Positions 29,166-44,265 are shown, counted from the first letter of the stretch. The stretch is DNA of 64,000 nucleotides from Octopus sinensis (GCF_006345805.1 NC_043003.1:84754001-84818000), one strand, 5' to 3'. Notes: generated by a model not told the origin, from the sequence alone. Program-made: numbers and translations.

Positions 29166-32100
29166 GTGTGTGTATGTGTGTTATATATCTGTGTATGTTA
29201 TATATAGATACATATTATATAAAAAAAAACCAGCATAGATACAGAACATTTATCGAACTAAATTACTTGAATAATACAATACACAAATCATTGTACAGCA
29301 GGAAGTTACAAATGAGTTTTTTTGTTTTTGTTTTCTTTTTTTCTTCTTTTTTTTTTTAACGACCTTTTCCTCCGGGATGTCACGCAAGAGCATCCAGCAA
29401 AAGTTCCCCATCCTGCTGGGGTTCCATTTGCCTTGCTAGTTGCTCTCCATCGTAGTAATATCTTGATGGAACCTTTCTCCATGTTCATCACTCACTACTC
29501 CGAGCTTCAAAGAGAAGTTGAGGTGGGAGTGGAGGAAGTGAATTTTGAGTGACATTTGGCATTCCATATCCTCATAAGACTATAATAACTTCTCGATACA
29601 CTCCTGGTAATCTAGCACTCATGTGTTACGAACGAAGCCATGGCAGACTGCCTTAAATACTTCCTATGCTCTCAGTTCCTTTAAGGTAAGAAGCTCCTCA
29701 AAGTCCTTATCCTTCAGCACCTATCGGATCTGAAGTCTTACGAAGACGTTCTCCTTGGGCTTTGCAGAACTCAAAGCAGGCAACAGTGCTCAAGTGTTGG
29801 AAGGCAACGCCAGTTTTACTCATAGCCTTCACGAAATTCTTCATTAAACAAAGCTTAATATGAAGCGGAGAAAGAAGTATCTTGTTCAACACTGTGCTCC
29901 TAGATCCTCGATCCTTCTGCTTGTAGTATTTGGACAGAGTCTAACTGTTCCAGAGACAGAGAAAGCAACAGTACTTTGTGAAGCCCGCTTGTATACCCAT
30001 AAGGAGTCTAATGACCTTGAGATCCCCGCAGAGACTCCACTGGTTGTACTTGATAACTTCCAAAAGGAGCTATATATTATCATACGACTCCTTCAGATGG
30101 ACTGAGTAGGCAATGAGAATGCTACAGTATTCCCATTGTGCAGGAGCTATAAATTGATCATATATATGGTTACGTGGATTGTCACAAAATCATAATAATG
30201 TATATCTCAAAAACTAGAGGTGATGATTGAAAACCAGTTTTGTATCTGAAATCAGCACCTAAAAATAAGGCTAGAACGAATCGATCAATATTTTCATTTC
30301 ATGCATGGTTCGTCTAAAAACCTGTTATTTATTATGTGAATCATTTTTAAAGATGGTAATATATGATTAAAAAAAAGATTTGGTTGTTGTTTCTTACAAC
30401 ACGAATGACCTCATAAAGGCTCCTTCGTTTCGTTGATTGTAATAATGATGATGATAACAGCGGTGGTGGTGGTGGTGGTGATGGTAGTCGTCATCTTCGT
30501 TGTCGTGATGGTGGCTATTATAGAGATGATAGAGCGATAGAGATGATAGAGCGATAGAGATTATGATGATGAGGTTCATACTAGTTATAGTGATGACAAT
30601 TGCTTTAGTGAGGACGATAATAATAGAGCTTAAAATTTGTACAGAAATCGTAGAATACATGAACCTAACTCAATACATAACTGGTACTTATTCTAGAGTT
30701 CCTCGGTATATTTCAATACAGAATGTAGAGGACAAAAATATATATTAAGAGGTAGTGTCGATCTTTGCCATTACACTACTTTAATAATAGTAATGATCAA
30801 TTAAGCTGACCTCACTTGCACCTCTGAAAGCCTCATTTATGTAATCAGATGTATGGGCTGCCATAAAAAACTACATAGGGTCGACAAGAATGTCTCTCAG
30901 AAGGAGATGTACAGTCCACATACAACAGATATCTTCTGCACAATATCACCAGATATGCAAAAAAAAATTCCTAATTTTCCCAATATATCAATTTGCTATT
31001 TGGACCTCAACACAAGGCCTCATTTATCGAACAATATAAACCAGAATTAAATATAAATCTATATTGAAAATTAAAGATTTACCCCTATCTATTGAAGAAT
31101 ATAAGCCAGAACCAAATGTAAACCAATTTTTAAAATTTACAGATTTACCTCCCCTTTACTGAAAAATATATTGGTTACCAATTATACCCGCTAGCAAAAA
31201 AAATCTCTAATTCAGAATTGCATCCCAAACTCAAAATTCGAAAAACGGTAGCGAAACTGGTTATTATTTCGGAAGAAAAGCATCTTATGTTGTATAATAT
31301 TGTATAATATTTTTGCTATGATGATTCTAATATATTCTTTAGTCTTGTAAAACAAACCTCTATGTTTTACATCTTATTCCTTATACATACTTACATACAT
31401 AAATACACACACACACACACACACACACATACATATGCAGGGGTTGGACAAAATAATGGAAACATCTTAGAATTTCAGACAAATTTATTTTAATATGGGG
31501 TAGGTCCGCCTTTGGCAGTAATTACAGCTTGAATTCTACGAGGTATGGGCTCGTACAAAGTTTGAATTGCTTCCAATGGAATTTTTCTCCATTCTTCAGC
31601 TAAAACAGTTTCCAGTTCTTGATTGTGATGATGGTGGAGGATATCCACTCCTTACTTGTTTTTCTAAAATGCACTATAAATGCTCAATAATATTGAGATC
31701 TGGGGACTGTGGCGGGCAGATAAGATGTTCAACTTCACTAGAACGTTCCTCGTGCCATTCAGTAACAACTTTAGCTGTGTGAATTGGTGCCTTATCATCC
31801 TGAAAGACTGCGTTTCCCTCCGGAAGTGGTGTCTTTCTCAACCGTGTTCACTCGGGAAAATTAGGAAGTCATAAATTGGGATTGTCGATAATGTATTTCA
31901 TCCTCTTAGAAAAAATGATACTTATTCGTTTTTGTTGTTTTTGTTCAATCTTTAGCAATCAGACATGCAGTTGGCAGATCTTTTCGGGAGGCAAAGATTT
32001 AGCAATTGAAATTGAATGGACTCGAATAGATATTGCCTTGTCTGATGGATGCAGTGAAGATTATGTGCAAGTATATAACGGTGAGTTCGAGGATTTCCTA

Positions 32101-33534
32101 CAATTAATATCAAATGCTAATATGTGTGTGAGTACAATCGTGTTCTTTTGAAGGTCGCTCCTCAGCGACCTGGGTTCGATACTGCAGCATGGCAAAATGG
32201 ACAAGTATCGTCACCTACTGTCTGAGTGGAATTTGGTTGACAGACACTGCACGAAAGCACGTCATATGTATGTGTGCGCGCGTGTGTTCATGTGTGTATG
32301 CATATATCTATTCACACTCACACACACACACATATGTATACATGCATACATATGCATATATGTATACACACACACACATATATATAAAGGCAGACAGACA
32401 GACAGGAAAACAGACACAGAATCAGACAGATACACACAGACGTGACTGAGAAGCATAGGTGCGGGCATGGTTCTATGTAATAGATGCGGGTGTGTGGCCG
32501 TGTGGCATGAAGTTAACTTTCCAGTCACGTGGTTTCGAGTTCTGTCCCACTTCGTGGTACCCTGGGCAACAGAGGTTGTTGAATATTCCTGAGCCTAGTA
32601 TAATATTCTTTGGTCGTTGTGTCATTGTCTACAGCACATTTATATGTACTTTATTTCGTTCGTTTACTGCATTCATTACGGCCAAAGACATGCTGGAGTA
32701 ACATCGGCATTATACATTTTCATCAATTGCTCAGAATTTGTAACATTCGTTGTCAAATAATGCATGTATATATGTATGTATGTATGCATTCATATACGTA
32801 CGGACGGAAGGGTGTATAAATGTATATGCTGTGTGTAAACACACACATGTAAATACATGCATACAGAACATTTATAAAAAGACCTTGTCTTTGAGAACAT
32901 TTATAAAATGACCTTACAGGTTTCCTCTTTTTTCTCATATATATGTAAGCATAATGTTTAAGCCGCCTTCGGCGTATCTTCTACGTATGTTCCATGGGCG
33001 ACCCATGGCCTACCTACGAAACTAGGTAGTCATTGCGTATTATTGTAGCTTTTCATCCCCAAGTCAACCATATTCTCTAATCATGTATTTTCTCCTCTTT
33101 ATTTCTTTAGGTTTAAATCGAGAAAACGGAGAACTGGTTGATCACCGCTGTGGTCAGAGTGTTCGAATACGAAACATAGTCGGCCGTTATGCATTCATAT
33201 ACTTTCACTCCAATCACGAAAACACTGGTAAAGGGTTCGAGTTTCGTTATAGGGTTGTGAAACGAGGTAACAATTATTTTCTTTTTCCTTTTTCAATGTG
33301 GCGTTTTCATAGTTTTACGTGTGTTTACGATATGCAAAACCTGAGGCTAGATGAAATAGATACAAGGATGTAAAGCAGTCATGCGCAAACTGAGGCCCAC
33401 GAAACTTTCCGATTGGCACGCTTAACGAAAACTGACCTTGACATCTCTTGTCATCATGCAACCCACCTGATGAGGAGTCATGTCGCATGTGATCTGCTTC
33501 TCGAAAGAGGTTGCCCTTTTATATAAATATATTC

Positions 33535-33593
<59 letters not shown>

Positions 33594-33718
33594 ATGCATA
33601 TATATACATGTATGTAAGTATATATGCACGTACGTATATAAGTATATATATATGTTTGTATGCACACACACACGCACGCACACACACACACACACACACA
33701 CATACACACACCACACAC

Positions 33719-33784
<66 letters not shown>

Positions 33785-35864
33785 TGTAATTACACGTGTA
33801 CTGTTGGCGATTTTTCCCCTTTCCTTTTGTTTTGGACTTTCCTATCTCCTGTTTCCGAAGACGAACTATGCTTGAAACGTAAAAGAAGACACTCCTTTTT
33901 TCTTTCTCCGAACGTCTCGTTAATACTTTACATGTGCTACGTCCATGAGTTGTTTTTTTCTTGTCTTTTTTCACCGTTTTTTAAGAATTAAATATATATA
34001 TATATGACACGGATGCCTTGCAAACTTTATGGCAAATCCATCATATATATATAAAAGAAAAAGAAAACAATACCTCATTGAAAATTAAAATATTTTGAAA
34101 AATCAAAAGATTATCAACTAGCTTATGATTGGGCGTTAACACTTTACTCCAATTAGCTCCCCCACCGAGCTTCCACCACAGCGTCAAGACAGCACCAGAA
34201 CCTGTCGCACACGTTCCTCACTGTATCTCTGGGAAGATCTTCGAACACTTCCTTGATCTTGGCCACCAACTCGGCCTTATTGTTGCAGGCAGAGCGGTGT
34301 CTTTCTCAACCGTGCTCACTCGGGAGAATTAGGAAGTCAGAAATTGAGATTGTTGAAACTTTGAACATTCTCTGACAGCCGCTTCTGACTCTTTCAGTAA
34401 GTATGGCAAGGAGTCGAACCCTGCTGTCACACATTTGACCTTCCAGCATCAACCCTCTCTAGCCAAGATTTGCCCACAATCTTCAGCCGTCTGAATTAAG
34501 CCCAAGACTCCGTTAATCAGTTGCTGGATGAACTCTGGCGTGCTGACGCAGTCACAACGCCTGCTGTGTCCCTTGCTGCTGATGTAGAATATCTAAAAAG
34601 TTGACATTACTTAGTTTCGTCTCAGCTTTGATCCTTAAGCCCATACAATGGAAGAGTGCAATAATATCGTTTCCTTCTTAAGGCTACTGATCTCATGAAA
34701 ATTTATATTGCGGATAAGAATAAAGCTTTTATTGTTGGGTCCTCTAGCTCACGAATATGAGAATTCTGAATGCAAACGATCCAAAATATATGCCCCGTGT
34801 AAGTATTCGTAATTCTAACCCGTCATATGCACCCATTGGCACATCAAGCATCTAATTAATATGTATTTATGGAAGGTTAGAAAATTAGACAACATTCTTG
34901 GTGTGGTAAAAAAAGGAAGATACAATTAGGAATTATCTACTTCTCTCACAATTAACAAAATGTAATTAGCTAGCAATTATTAGAATCAAAATGGGACACA
35001 TTTGATCACTTTGACGACAACGACGGTGACGACGATGATGACGATCTCAGTTATCATAACAACCTTATATTGTTCATATAATTGCGACAACTTCCTGAGC
35101 CTTGGTAATAAATACTTTAGTCCCAAATTGTTGTTAATCCCATTACAAAACGCACTTTTACAATGCTAGATTCACCCGACTAATTCAAGATATCTCGGTG
35201 AATATTATTGACAGCCTACGCTTTCTTTAATGACACTCAATGAAATCCACACTTTCTTGTGCTTATTACGAACCCCAAACCCTTTGAACTTATTTTGCTG
35301 CCCTGATTCCTGACCCTAACTTGCAAATCTATTTGGCGATCGTTCACATTAACCACATTAAAATATGTATGACCTACATTCTCCAAAAAAGCAAAACAAA
35401 GTTGAGGTGATTATAGGTACTTTCCTCTCGCCCTTCAGACTAACAATATTTGAATTCAAAATTATAAGGAAAACAGAATTGTAATTTATGATCTCATTCT
35501 TTTCTCGAAGACTTTGGTGTTCATGCTCGTATGTATATATTTAATTAGAGGTTGAAATAGCCTTCATTAAGGGATAAAAATATTCAATGAATTACTGATT
35601 CATTGCCTAGTATTTTTGTGACTAGTGATATTCATAAAATAATAGGTCTGAATATAAATCATGGTTAATAAATATTCAAACGAAAATTCAGAAAATGGAG
35701 ACGTAGCATTAATATAGTTTATTAACTGCAAAAATCGAGCATTGGAATTTTGCAGTTAATAATTTATATTAATGCTACAACTCCATTTTCTGAATTTTCT
35801 TTCTTCTTTATACACATATACACATACATACATTCATACATACATACATACATACATACATACA

Positions 35865-35900
<36 letters not shown>

Positions 35901-37803
35901 TATATAAGGGCAGATAAAAAGAATTAGAGAAAGGAAGAGAGAAAAACGAATAAGATAATAACAGAATATGCATATATATATACGTGTGTGTGTGTGTGTG
36001 TGCGCGCGCGCGCGTGTGTAAACACACACACACACAAACACACACAAACACACACACACACTCATATCCTCTATAGAGAAGAAATTAATTTATTGTGTTG
36101 TATTAAGTAATAACAAATTTTGACTTTGTTATTTTTTTTTGTCAGATCCAGATCCTAAAATGAAGCATATCTCATTGACAGCACACCCATACCAATGGCA
36201 AGAATTCACTTCACCATACTACCCCAAACCCTATTATGGCAGGTTGGTTTATTAAACAATCTTAACATATGTTTATGTGATATCAGTTTATATTTTCTGA
36301 TGTGTTTTCAACATTTTACAACCTTAAGACGGTGAGCTGACAGAATCGTTAGCATGCCGGGCAAAATCCTTTGCGGCATTTCGTCCATTTTTACGTTCTG
36401 AGTTCAAATTCTGCCGAGTTTAACATCGCCTTTCATCCTTTCGGGGTCGATAAAATAAAAACCATTTGAACACTGGAGTCGATGAAATCGACTCACCCTC
36501 CCCTAAAATTACTTGCCTTTGAAACCAGTATTTTGAAATCAGTATTTGAAACCAGTATTTATTTCAAACCAGTATTAAATTTGATACTAGTATTTACAGC
36601 CTCATCACTTATATAAATATAAATGGTCATTGTTGTTGTTGGAACCCAAATCAATCCTCATTGAGCAAGCCTAAGTTGGAAGTCTTTCCAAACATGCCCA
36701 TTCCATCCGTTTGTATGTATCAAGGATTAATTTAATGAATTCCTCGTATGTTTGTTTTTCTTATGACAATATAATGGGATTTGAAAGGCAATGGCGCTTA
36801 GTTTTTGCTTGTCAAGTTGTCCCAGTGACGATGTTTTGTGGGCTCTAACTCTGTATTAACAAAACCACGTTTAATTTTTAAAACTGGGTAGGTTTTTCTG
36901 TTACAACGCTGATCCCGTAATTATTGTTGAACATCATGGGCTCAGAGTCTACTTAAACAGACCCAGAACACAGGATTAGCTCACGGTTAAACACTCCATA
37001 AATGGTTGAGGCATAGCTTTGTAATTAAGCAGTTCGCTTTGCAAACTCATTATTTCGGGTTCGATTCCACTAAGGAGTATGTATGGTGTTTTCAACTATA
37101 ACCACGCATCTGACTAATGTCTTGTCAGTGGAAATAAATAAATAAATAAATAAATAATTGATTAAATAAACTGGAAATATATCGAAACCTGTTGTGTGTT
37201 ACGTATATACACAGATGCGTGCGCCCTTACATGCGCGCACACTGGCACATACGCGCACACTGGCACATGCGTGTGTGACATGTATGTGTGTACGCATTTG
37301 TTTGTATATCTTTGACCAATGTTTATGACCGAATGATTTAAAGTGGTGCTTTTTCGAATGAAGCTCCTAAAGGCATTTGATCTGTACTAAGTTACGCACC
37401 CACTCTCACATCACTGTCGTGAGCGCTCTAAACCAGCGACGTTATTGTTCATCAGTTGCCACATAAAATTAAATACAGTCTCTCTCTTTCTCTCTCACAC
37501 ACACTTGCATTCATACAAACATACTTACATACATACATACATACATACATACACATACATACATACACGAGCTGGCAGAAACGTTAGCACGCCGGGCGAA
37601 ATGCGTGGCCGTATTTCGTCTGCCGTTACGTTCTGAGTTCAAATTCCGCCGAGGTCGACTTTGCCTTTCATCCTTTCGGGGTCGATAAATTAAGTACCAG
37701 TTGCGCACTGGGGTCGATGTAATCGACTTAATCCCTTTGTCTGTCCTTGTTTGTCCTCTCTGTGTTTAGCCCCTTGTGGGTAGTAAAGAAATATATATAT
37801 TGT

Positions 37804-37834
<31 letters not shown>

Positions 37835-38995
37835 AGACACGGTGGTGAATTTCCCTGCTAATTTTGATTCTTTTCGTGGGTGAGAGACCACTAGTGAGTA
37901 TCATACGAGAGTAGATGCCCACTAAGTCTGGTTTTATGAAAGCACGCTCTAACGATACTTCCAGACTGCTGCTACCATACAATAAGACGGGTGGCCACAG
38001 TCGACTTGCTTTTATCAAAGACATCATAGGTCTCTTCAATTCGGATTGGCCTTGAGCTAAATAACAATTATAACAGTCACTCCTTCACAACATTTTGTTC
38101 AATTCACCACTCTTTTATTTAATACTAGCAGTATCGCCCGACGTTGCTCGGGTTTGTAAGGGAAATAACTATATAAGCATTTTTAGAGAGTTATAGCCCA
38201 AAAATAGCGAAAAAAATGCATTAAAATGGAAAAAAATGATGGTAAATTATTTTAAAAATCGTAGACGCGCGCTAATACCCAGAAGGGCACGATATGAATC
38301 ACGACTATAAGATACCTGGTTTTGGTTAAACTGCACCGCAAAATGTGGGAGTAGTTAGGAATCTAAATCGTAGGAGACAGACACACAACTTCACTTTTAT
38401 ATATAAAGATTAAGTTTTACATTAAATGGGTGATCTGGCAGAACCGCTAGCACGCTGGGCAAAATGCTTAACGGTATTTCGTCCGTCTCTACGTTCTGAG
38501 TTCAAATACCACCGAGGTCGACTGTACCTTTCGTCATTTCGGAGTCAATAAAATAGCTACCAGTTGCAGATTGGGGTAGATGAAATCGACTTATCTCCTC
38601 CCTCGAACTTGTTGATCATGTGCGAAAATTTGAAACCAATATTAAGTATTACATTATTGTCGACTTTTTGTTAATTTATCTCACACCATGCATTATCTGT
38701 GTCTCTCTTTTTCTCTTTCCTTGTTTTTTTTTTTTATAGTGATACAGACAGGCATTGGTTGATTAGTGCCGACGATCCACGAGAAGTGGTACATATAAAG
38801 TTCCTTGATTTTGACATTGAGGAAACACCAAACTGTACAGCAGATTCCATTCGTATATATGATGGTTAGCGATATTTATTTTCTGCAACATAATCACAAA
38901 CCTTTATAGATGAACACAAACGTAACAGAGGGTACCTAGTTACACATTAAATCACCGAGGCAATCATAAAAAATCTCCCACTATTATTATTATTA

Positions 38996-39054
<59 letters not shown>

Positions 39055-42000
39055 GTTATTATTATTATTATTATTACTGAGTAAGAGAGCAGCGCATGTC
39101 ATCAAAGTAACTCAGGGGTACAATTATACGAAGCCCAATATACCCATCATGACTACCCGTCTGATAAGGGTACACTAGGCACATGAATCAGAACCACATG
39201 TGCGCGACATGGTGATCTTATATCAAGATAAGCAGCACATGACCTTGCAGGTGGGGCCCAGTTAGAATTTTCTTCAGGTTGAGTAGCTCATTCCACTTAA
39301 ATGGTCCCTGAATAAGGTTTGTTTAAGGATGATGAACGAAACACTCATGTTTCCAGAAGTTAATTGTTCAAATCCCAAAGAATTCCTCTCAACACGTGAC
39401 TATGACACTCCCCTACTACTGCTGTTCATGATCAGAGATGCACATATCGTCAGCCACCAAGGGACATGCTCAACTGGTTGAGGTCAAACAACTGACAAGC
39501 AAATCTATGGTATTAAGTAGAATATTTACTGTAGCCCATGTTTTATACCAAGACAAAACAATGTACTTACTTACTTGTACTTGTGGCAACATTTACCCTG
39601 GGCAGGTTGAGTCGGCTTCTTCTACTCATGGAAGAAGTTTCGTGGGAATATGTGGATTTCACAAGCGGTCCCCGCATGTGGAGACTTTATTATTATTATC
39701 ATTATTATTATTATCATTATTATTATTATTATTATTACTATTACTATTACTATTATTATTAAGGCGGCGAGGTGGCAGAAACGTTAGCACGCCGGGTGAA
39801 ATGCGTAGCTGTATTTCATCTGCCGCTACGTTCTGAGTTCAAATTCCGCCGAGGTCGACTTTGCCTTTCATCCTTTCAGGCTCGATTAAATAAGTACCAG
39901 TTACGCACTGGGGTCGATATAATCGACTTAATCCATTTGTCTGTCCTTGTTTGTCCTCTCTGTGTTTAATAAAGAAATAGGTATTTCGTTTGTCTTTAAG
40001 TTCTGAGTTCAAATTTCGCCTAGGTCGACTCTGCCTTTCATCCTTTTGGGGGTCGATAAATTAAGTACCAGTTGCATACTGAGGTCGATCTAATCGACTG
40101 TCCCCCTCTCCCAAAATGTCGGGCCTTGTGCCTAGAGTAGAAATCATCATCATCATCATCATCAATCATCATCATCAATCATCATCATCAATCATCATCA
40201 TCAATCATTATCATCAATCATCATCATCATCATCAAGCAAGTAGAAGGGTATATTTTTCAACATGCAAATACTGAACAGTATATATAAAGGATAAAATTC
40301 TTTATATATACTGTTCAGTATTTACGTGTCGAAAAATATACCTTTCTACTTGTTCTGCAATACATTTCAACGCTTCAAAAACAATGTTATGTCTGTTTAC
40401 ATATGACTTTATTTTTATTATTATTACTATCATCATCATCGTCGTCGTCGTTATTGTTATTATTCAGTAGTTTTATTTTTATAGCGTGCTTTCACTTGAC
40501 TACCAAGCGCAGCTCTGTGTGCCTTGGGTATGTGCTGTGATTTGTTGTGATGCTCTGATGGTTATTGTACGGAAAGTGTTCTGCGAAGGATGTGTGCAGT
40601 GCACTATTATTATTATTATTATTATTATTAACCTTAGGTATCAAGCAACTTTCTTATAGTCCTTTCACAAGGACTATAAGACTTGTGAAAGGTAGGAGAG
40701 TCCAGTTTGCTGGACATTGTTGTAGAGCTGAAAAAGAAGTAATTTCTACTCTTCTCCTCTGGAAGCCATCTACTCGCAATACCAGAGGGCATACACTGTC
40801 CTACCCTGATGTAATCTCCAGGGATACAGGCATCCAGCAACAGGACCTCCGTAATGCCATGATGGACCGTGAAGTCTGGCGTAGCATGGTAAATTCCATT
40901 GTCTCGACCACGGTCGAACAATGATGAATGATGATGATATAGTCCTTGCTGTGTAAGAAAAAAGGGTTTCTGTAGAATCTTAAAATTCATATCGATAAAA
41001 GGCGATGCTTCAGCATGGCCGCAGTCATGTGGCAAACAAATAACACAGCTAATCATTCAAATTTCTTACAACTCTTCCTTTGGCACCTGTTTATGTCATA
41101 TCTACAAAGCTACCCTGCTAAAATGTCTTACATTCACCCCCCAATACAATGACATATACAACAGCAAAGCTGGCTGGTTTTCTCCGTAGCTTTGAGTGCC
41201 GAACAACGAAAGATAGTGCATTGAGACTAGTCTAAGACCTAACAACATATAGAAACAGACGCAGCAGAGCTGATGATGATGATGATGAGGAGGAGGCATG
41301 AATTTATAAACAAAAAAATTATAAGATCAAAGTAAATAATGGAATTTCATAATTGGGTGTTGTATAATATGATATTTATATTCTAACTCTCTTTCTACAT
41401 GTTTGTAATAAACACAACACAGTTTTTATATGTTGCAGGTCAAAATGAGAATAGTTCTCTTATTGGAATATATTGCGGTCAAGACTTCCCGGAAGTGAAG
41501 AGTTCAGGAAGAAAAATATATGTTTCCTTCTATGCTGACGATAAAGGGGATAATGTGGGTTTTAAGGCACAGTATTTATCTGCAAAAGTAGGTGAGTAAG
41601 AAGAATAGTTGTGTTATGAAAGAAAATGTTTAATACATTTGTAGATTTATTACAATATTATATTTGTTTCTCTGTCTATTTGTGTATTGTATTTCCGTAA
41701 AGCAGGGGAAGAGGAACTTGCTTAACCAATTACCCCAAAATATATTTATTTACGCCGACTCTACCCTCCTGATTTGAAAGGAAGAAAATCATAGATTCTT
41801 TGAATTCAAAAGATTTATTGAATGTATCTATAGGGAAAATGCAATTAAAAATATAAAAAAGTATAAAACAAATGCGATAAAATATATTGATATCCTCATT
41901 ATGAAACAAAACGATTTCTCTAGAAACTTTTTCACTTCATGTTTTGGAGAAATGATGTTACAATCACATCAAAATTGCGGCATTCTGATGCCAGAGCAAT

Positions 42001-43949
42001 TTGGATAGTCTTCGGATTTCAATCGATTACTCTGTTTTTATGTTCATTAGAGTGGGAATTTCTTGTTTGCAAAGGTATGTTGTCGCAAAAGGCAGCAACT
42101 TCTTGACTGCCTCCTCATGCCAGCTGAAAAATTTCTTTCGTAACAAGGAACACGTTTTTTTCTAATATATAATTTTACTGTCTAATGAGTCCTCATTACC
42201 CACAAAAGTTTCATTTTAACCCCACTTCGGGTAATTTAACTCCGTTCGCTAACCCCTGCCGTGAAGAAAGCTTTCAATAACACATGCATGCATAAATACA
42301 GGCATGCATGCATAGATGATGATAGCAGCATGTTTACAAGTGCTTACCGTCTCTTCTTGTTTCTCCATTGTCATTCCTTCCTTGTCACGGCCTTGTAAAT
42401 GACATTTTAAACTAGTTGCAGGTCTGCACGGTTTATGGTATAAAGGACAGATGCAAGTTGTGCTTTTTCCACAGCATTCATGGGATCGATTTGTAGAATA
42501 GCAAACTCTATGCTCGATGAGCTTCTTGAATTCGGAGCTAGTTCTACAGACTTTACTGCATTTCACGCAGGTTGTGTAACCACATCTTTAGAAAATGATA
42601 TGATGGATGATTGTTCTTTCCTGCTTCAGGTAGTTAACGTTACTAAACTTTGATAGGGGTACATGCTGACAAAAATTTACAAGTCTAGTTATTAATGTTT
42701 TCATCGAGATTGTCAGTGTCCTTTATACGATTTCTCCACTCAGCCCTATTTGAATCTATCACCATCCACCACGTTGTCTATATCAAAAGCCAGCTCTTTC
42801 AGACTGTTCTTGATGTTGTCTGTGTACCTATTTTTCGATTTGTTTTGAGGACGCTTTTCAAGTTTTAGCTCAACATAAAACAGTTGCTTTGAGAGTCTAC
42901 CATCCTCCACGTGGATGGTGTGTCCTACCTGTATGAAAGATGTCAGAATACATACAGTACAGACATATGGATGGAAGCACTCTCTTAGCACTCCGTCGGT
43001 TACAACGATGAGGGTTCCGGTTGATCCGAATCAACGGAACAGCCTGCTCGTGAAATTAACGTGTAAGTGGCTGAGCACTCCACAGACACGTGCACCCTTA
43101 ACGTAGTTCTCGGGAATATTCAGCGTGACGCAGAGAGTGACAAGGCCGGCCCCTTGAAATACAGGTACAACAGAAACAGGAAGTAAGAGTGAGAGAAAGT
43201 TGTGGTGAAAGAGTACAGCAGGGATCACCACCATCCCCTGCCGGAGCCTCGTGGAGCTTTTAGGTGTTTTTGCTCAATAAACACTCACAACGCCCGGTCT
43301 GGGAATCGAAACCGCGATCCTATGACCGCGAGTCCACTGCCCTAACCACTGGGCCATTGCGCCTCCACACAGACATATATTCATACCTAGACATAGAGAC
43401 ACATAACATACTCTATACATCTGCCAAATCATTGTCTCTCTACAACATGAAACTATCAGTAGCTCTTTTTTAAATATATCGTATATATCTATGTATGTTT
43501 GTGTGCGTATGTGTATATGTGTGTATGTTTGTATGTGTATTTTTATATGTATATAGTTTTTTTAAAAATACAACTGAAGCTACTCGAGTTTCACGCTACT
43601 GCGATCTAAGGCTATCTCCAAGTTTTCTCTGAACATGAAAGTGATGTGCAACGCTAGCCACGTGAAAGCTATCAGCTTCATTTTTAATTTAAAAAATAGA
43701 GTATATCCTCCTCATGTATTGAGCAGTCTTTCCTCATTTCTCCACCATTCATGAACGTGCACATGTGTGTATGTGTATGTATATATAGGCGTAGGAGTAG
43801 CTGTGTGGTAAGTAGTTTGCATACCAACCACATGGCTCCGGGTTCATTCCCACTGCGTGGCACCTTGGGCAAGTGTCTTATACTATAGCATTGGGCCGAC
43901 CAAAGCCGTGTGAGTGGATTTGGTAGACGGAAACTGAAAGAAACGCGTC

Positions 43950-43995
<46 letters not shown>

Positions 43996-44265
43996 TATAT
44001 ACTCCGTGACTTAGCGGTTCGGCAAAACAGACCGATAGAATAAGTACTAGGCTAACAAAGAATAAGTCCTGGGGTCAATTTGCTCGACTAAAGGCGGTGC
44101 TCCAGCATCGCCACATTCAAATGACGGAAACCAGTAAAAGAAAAGAATAAAAGAATATGTATACTATATATATATATATATCTAATATAGGATAAAATTT
44201 TCGAAAAAAATTTATCATTGGCCAGCATATTAAAAAAATACCTTAAAGGTTAAATTTATAAGTTA

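Noticed and set aside
33455-33516. CTGATGA...GAAA with flanking GCAACC/GGTTGC pairing (possible type III hammerhead)
   Set aside because: No UH cleavage triplet or stem I in the required position, and stem II is poorly paired.
36520-36600. Short spaced repeats (GAAACCAGTATTT x5) and the 43-bp repeats at 26505-26630 as a CRISPR-like array
   Set aside because: Contiguous tandem repeats without unique spacers, in eukaryotic intronic context with no cas genes.
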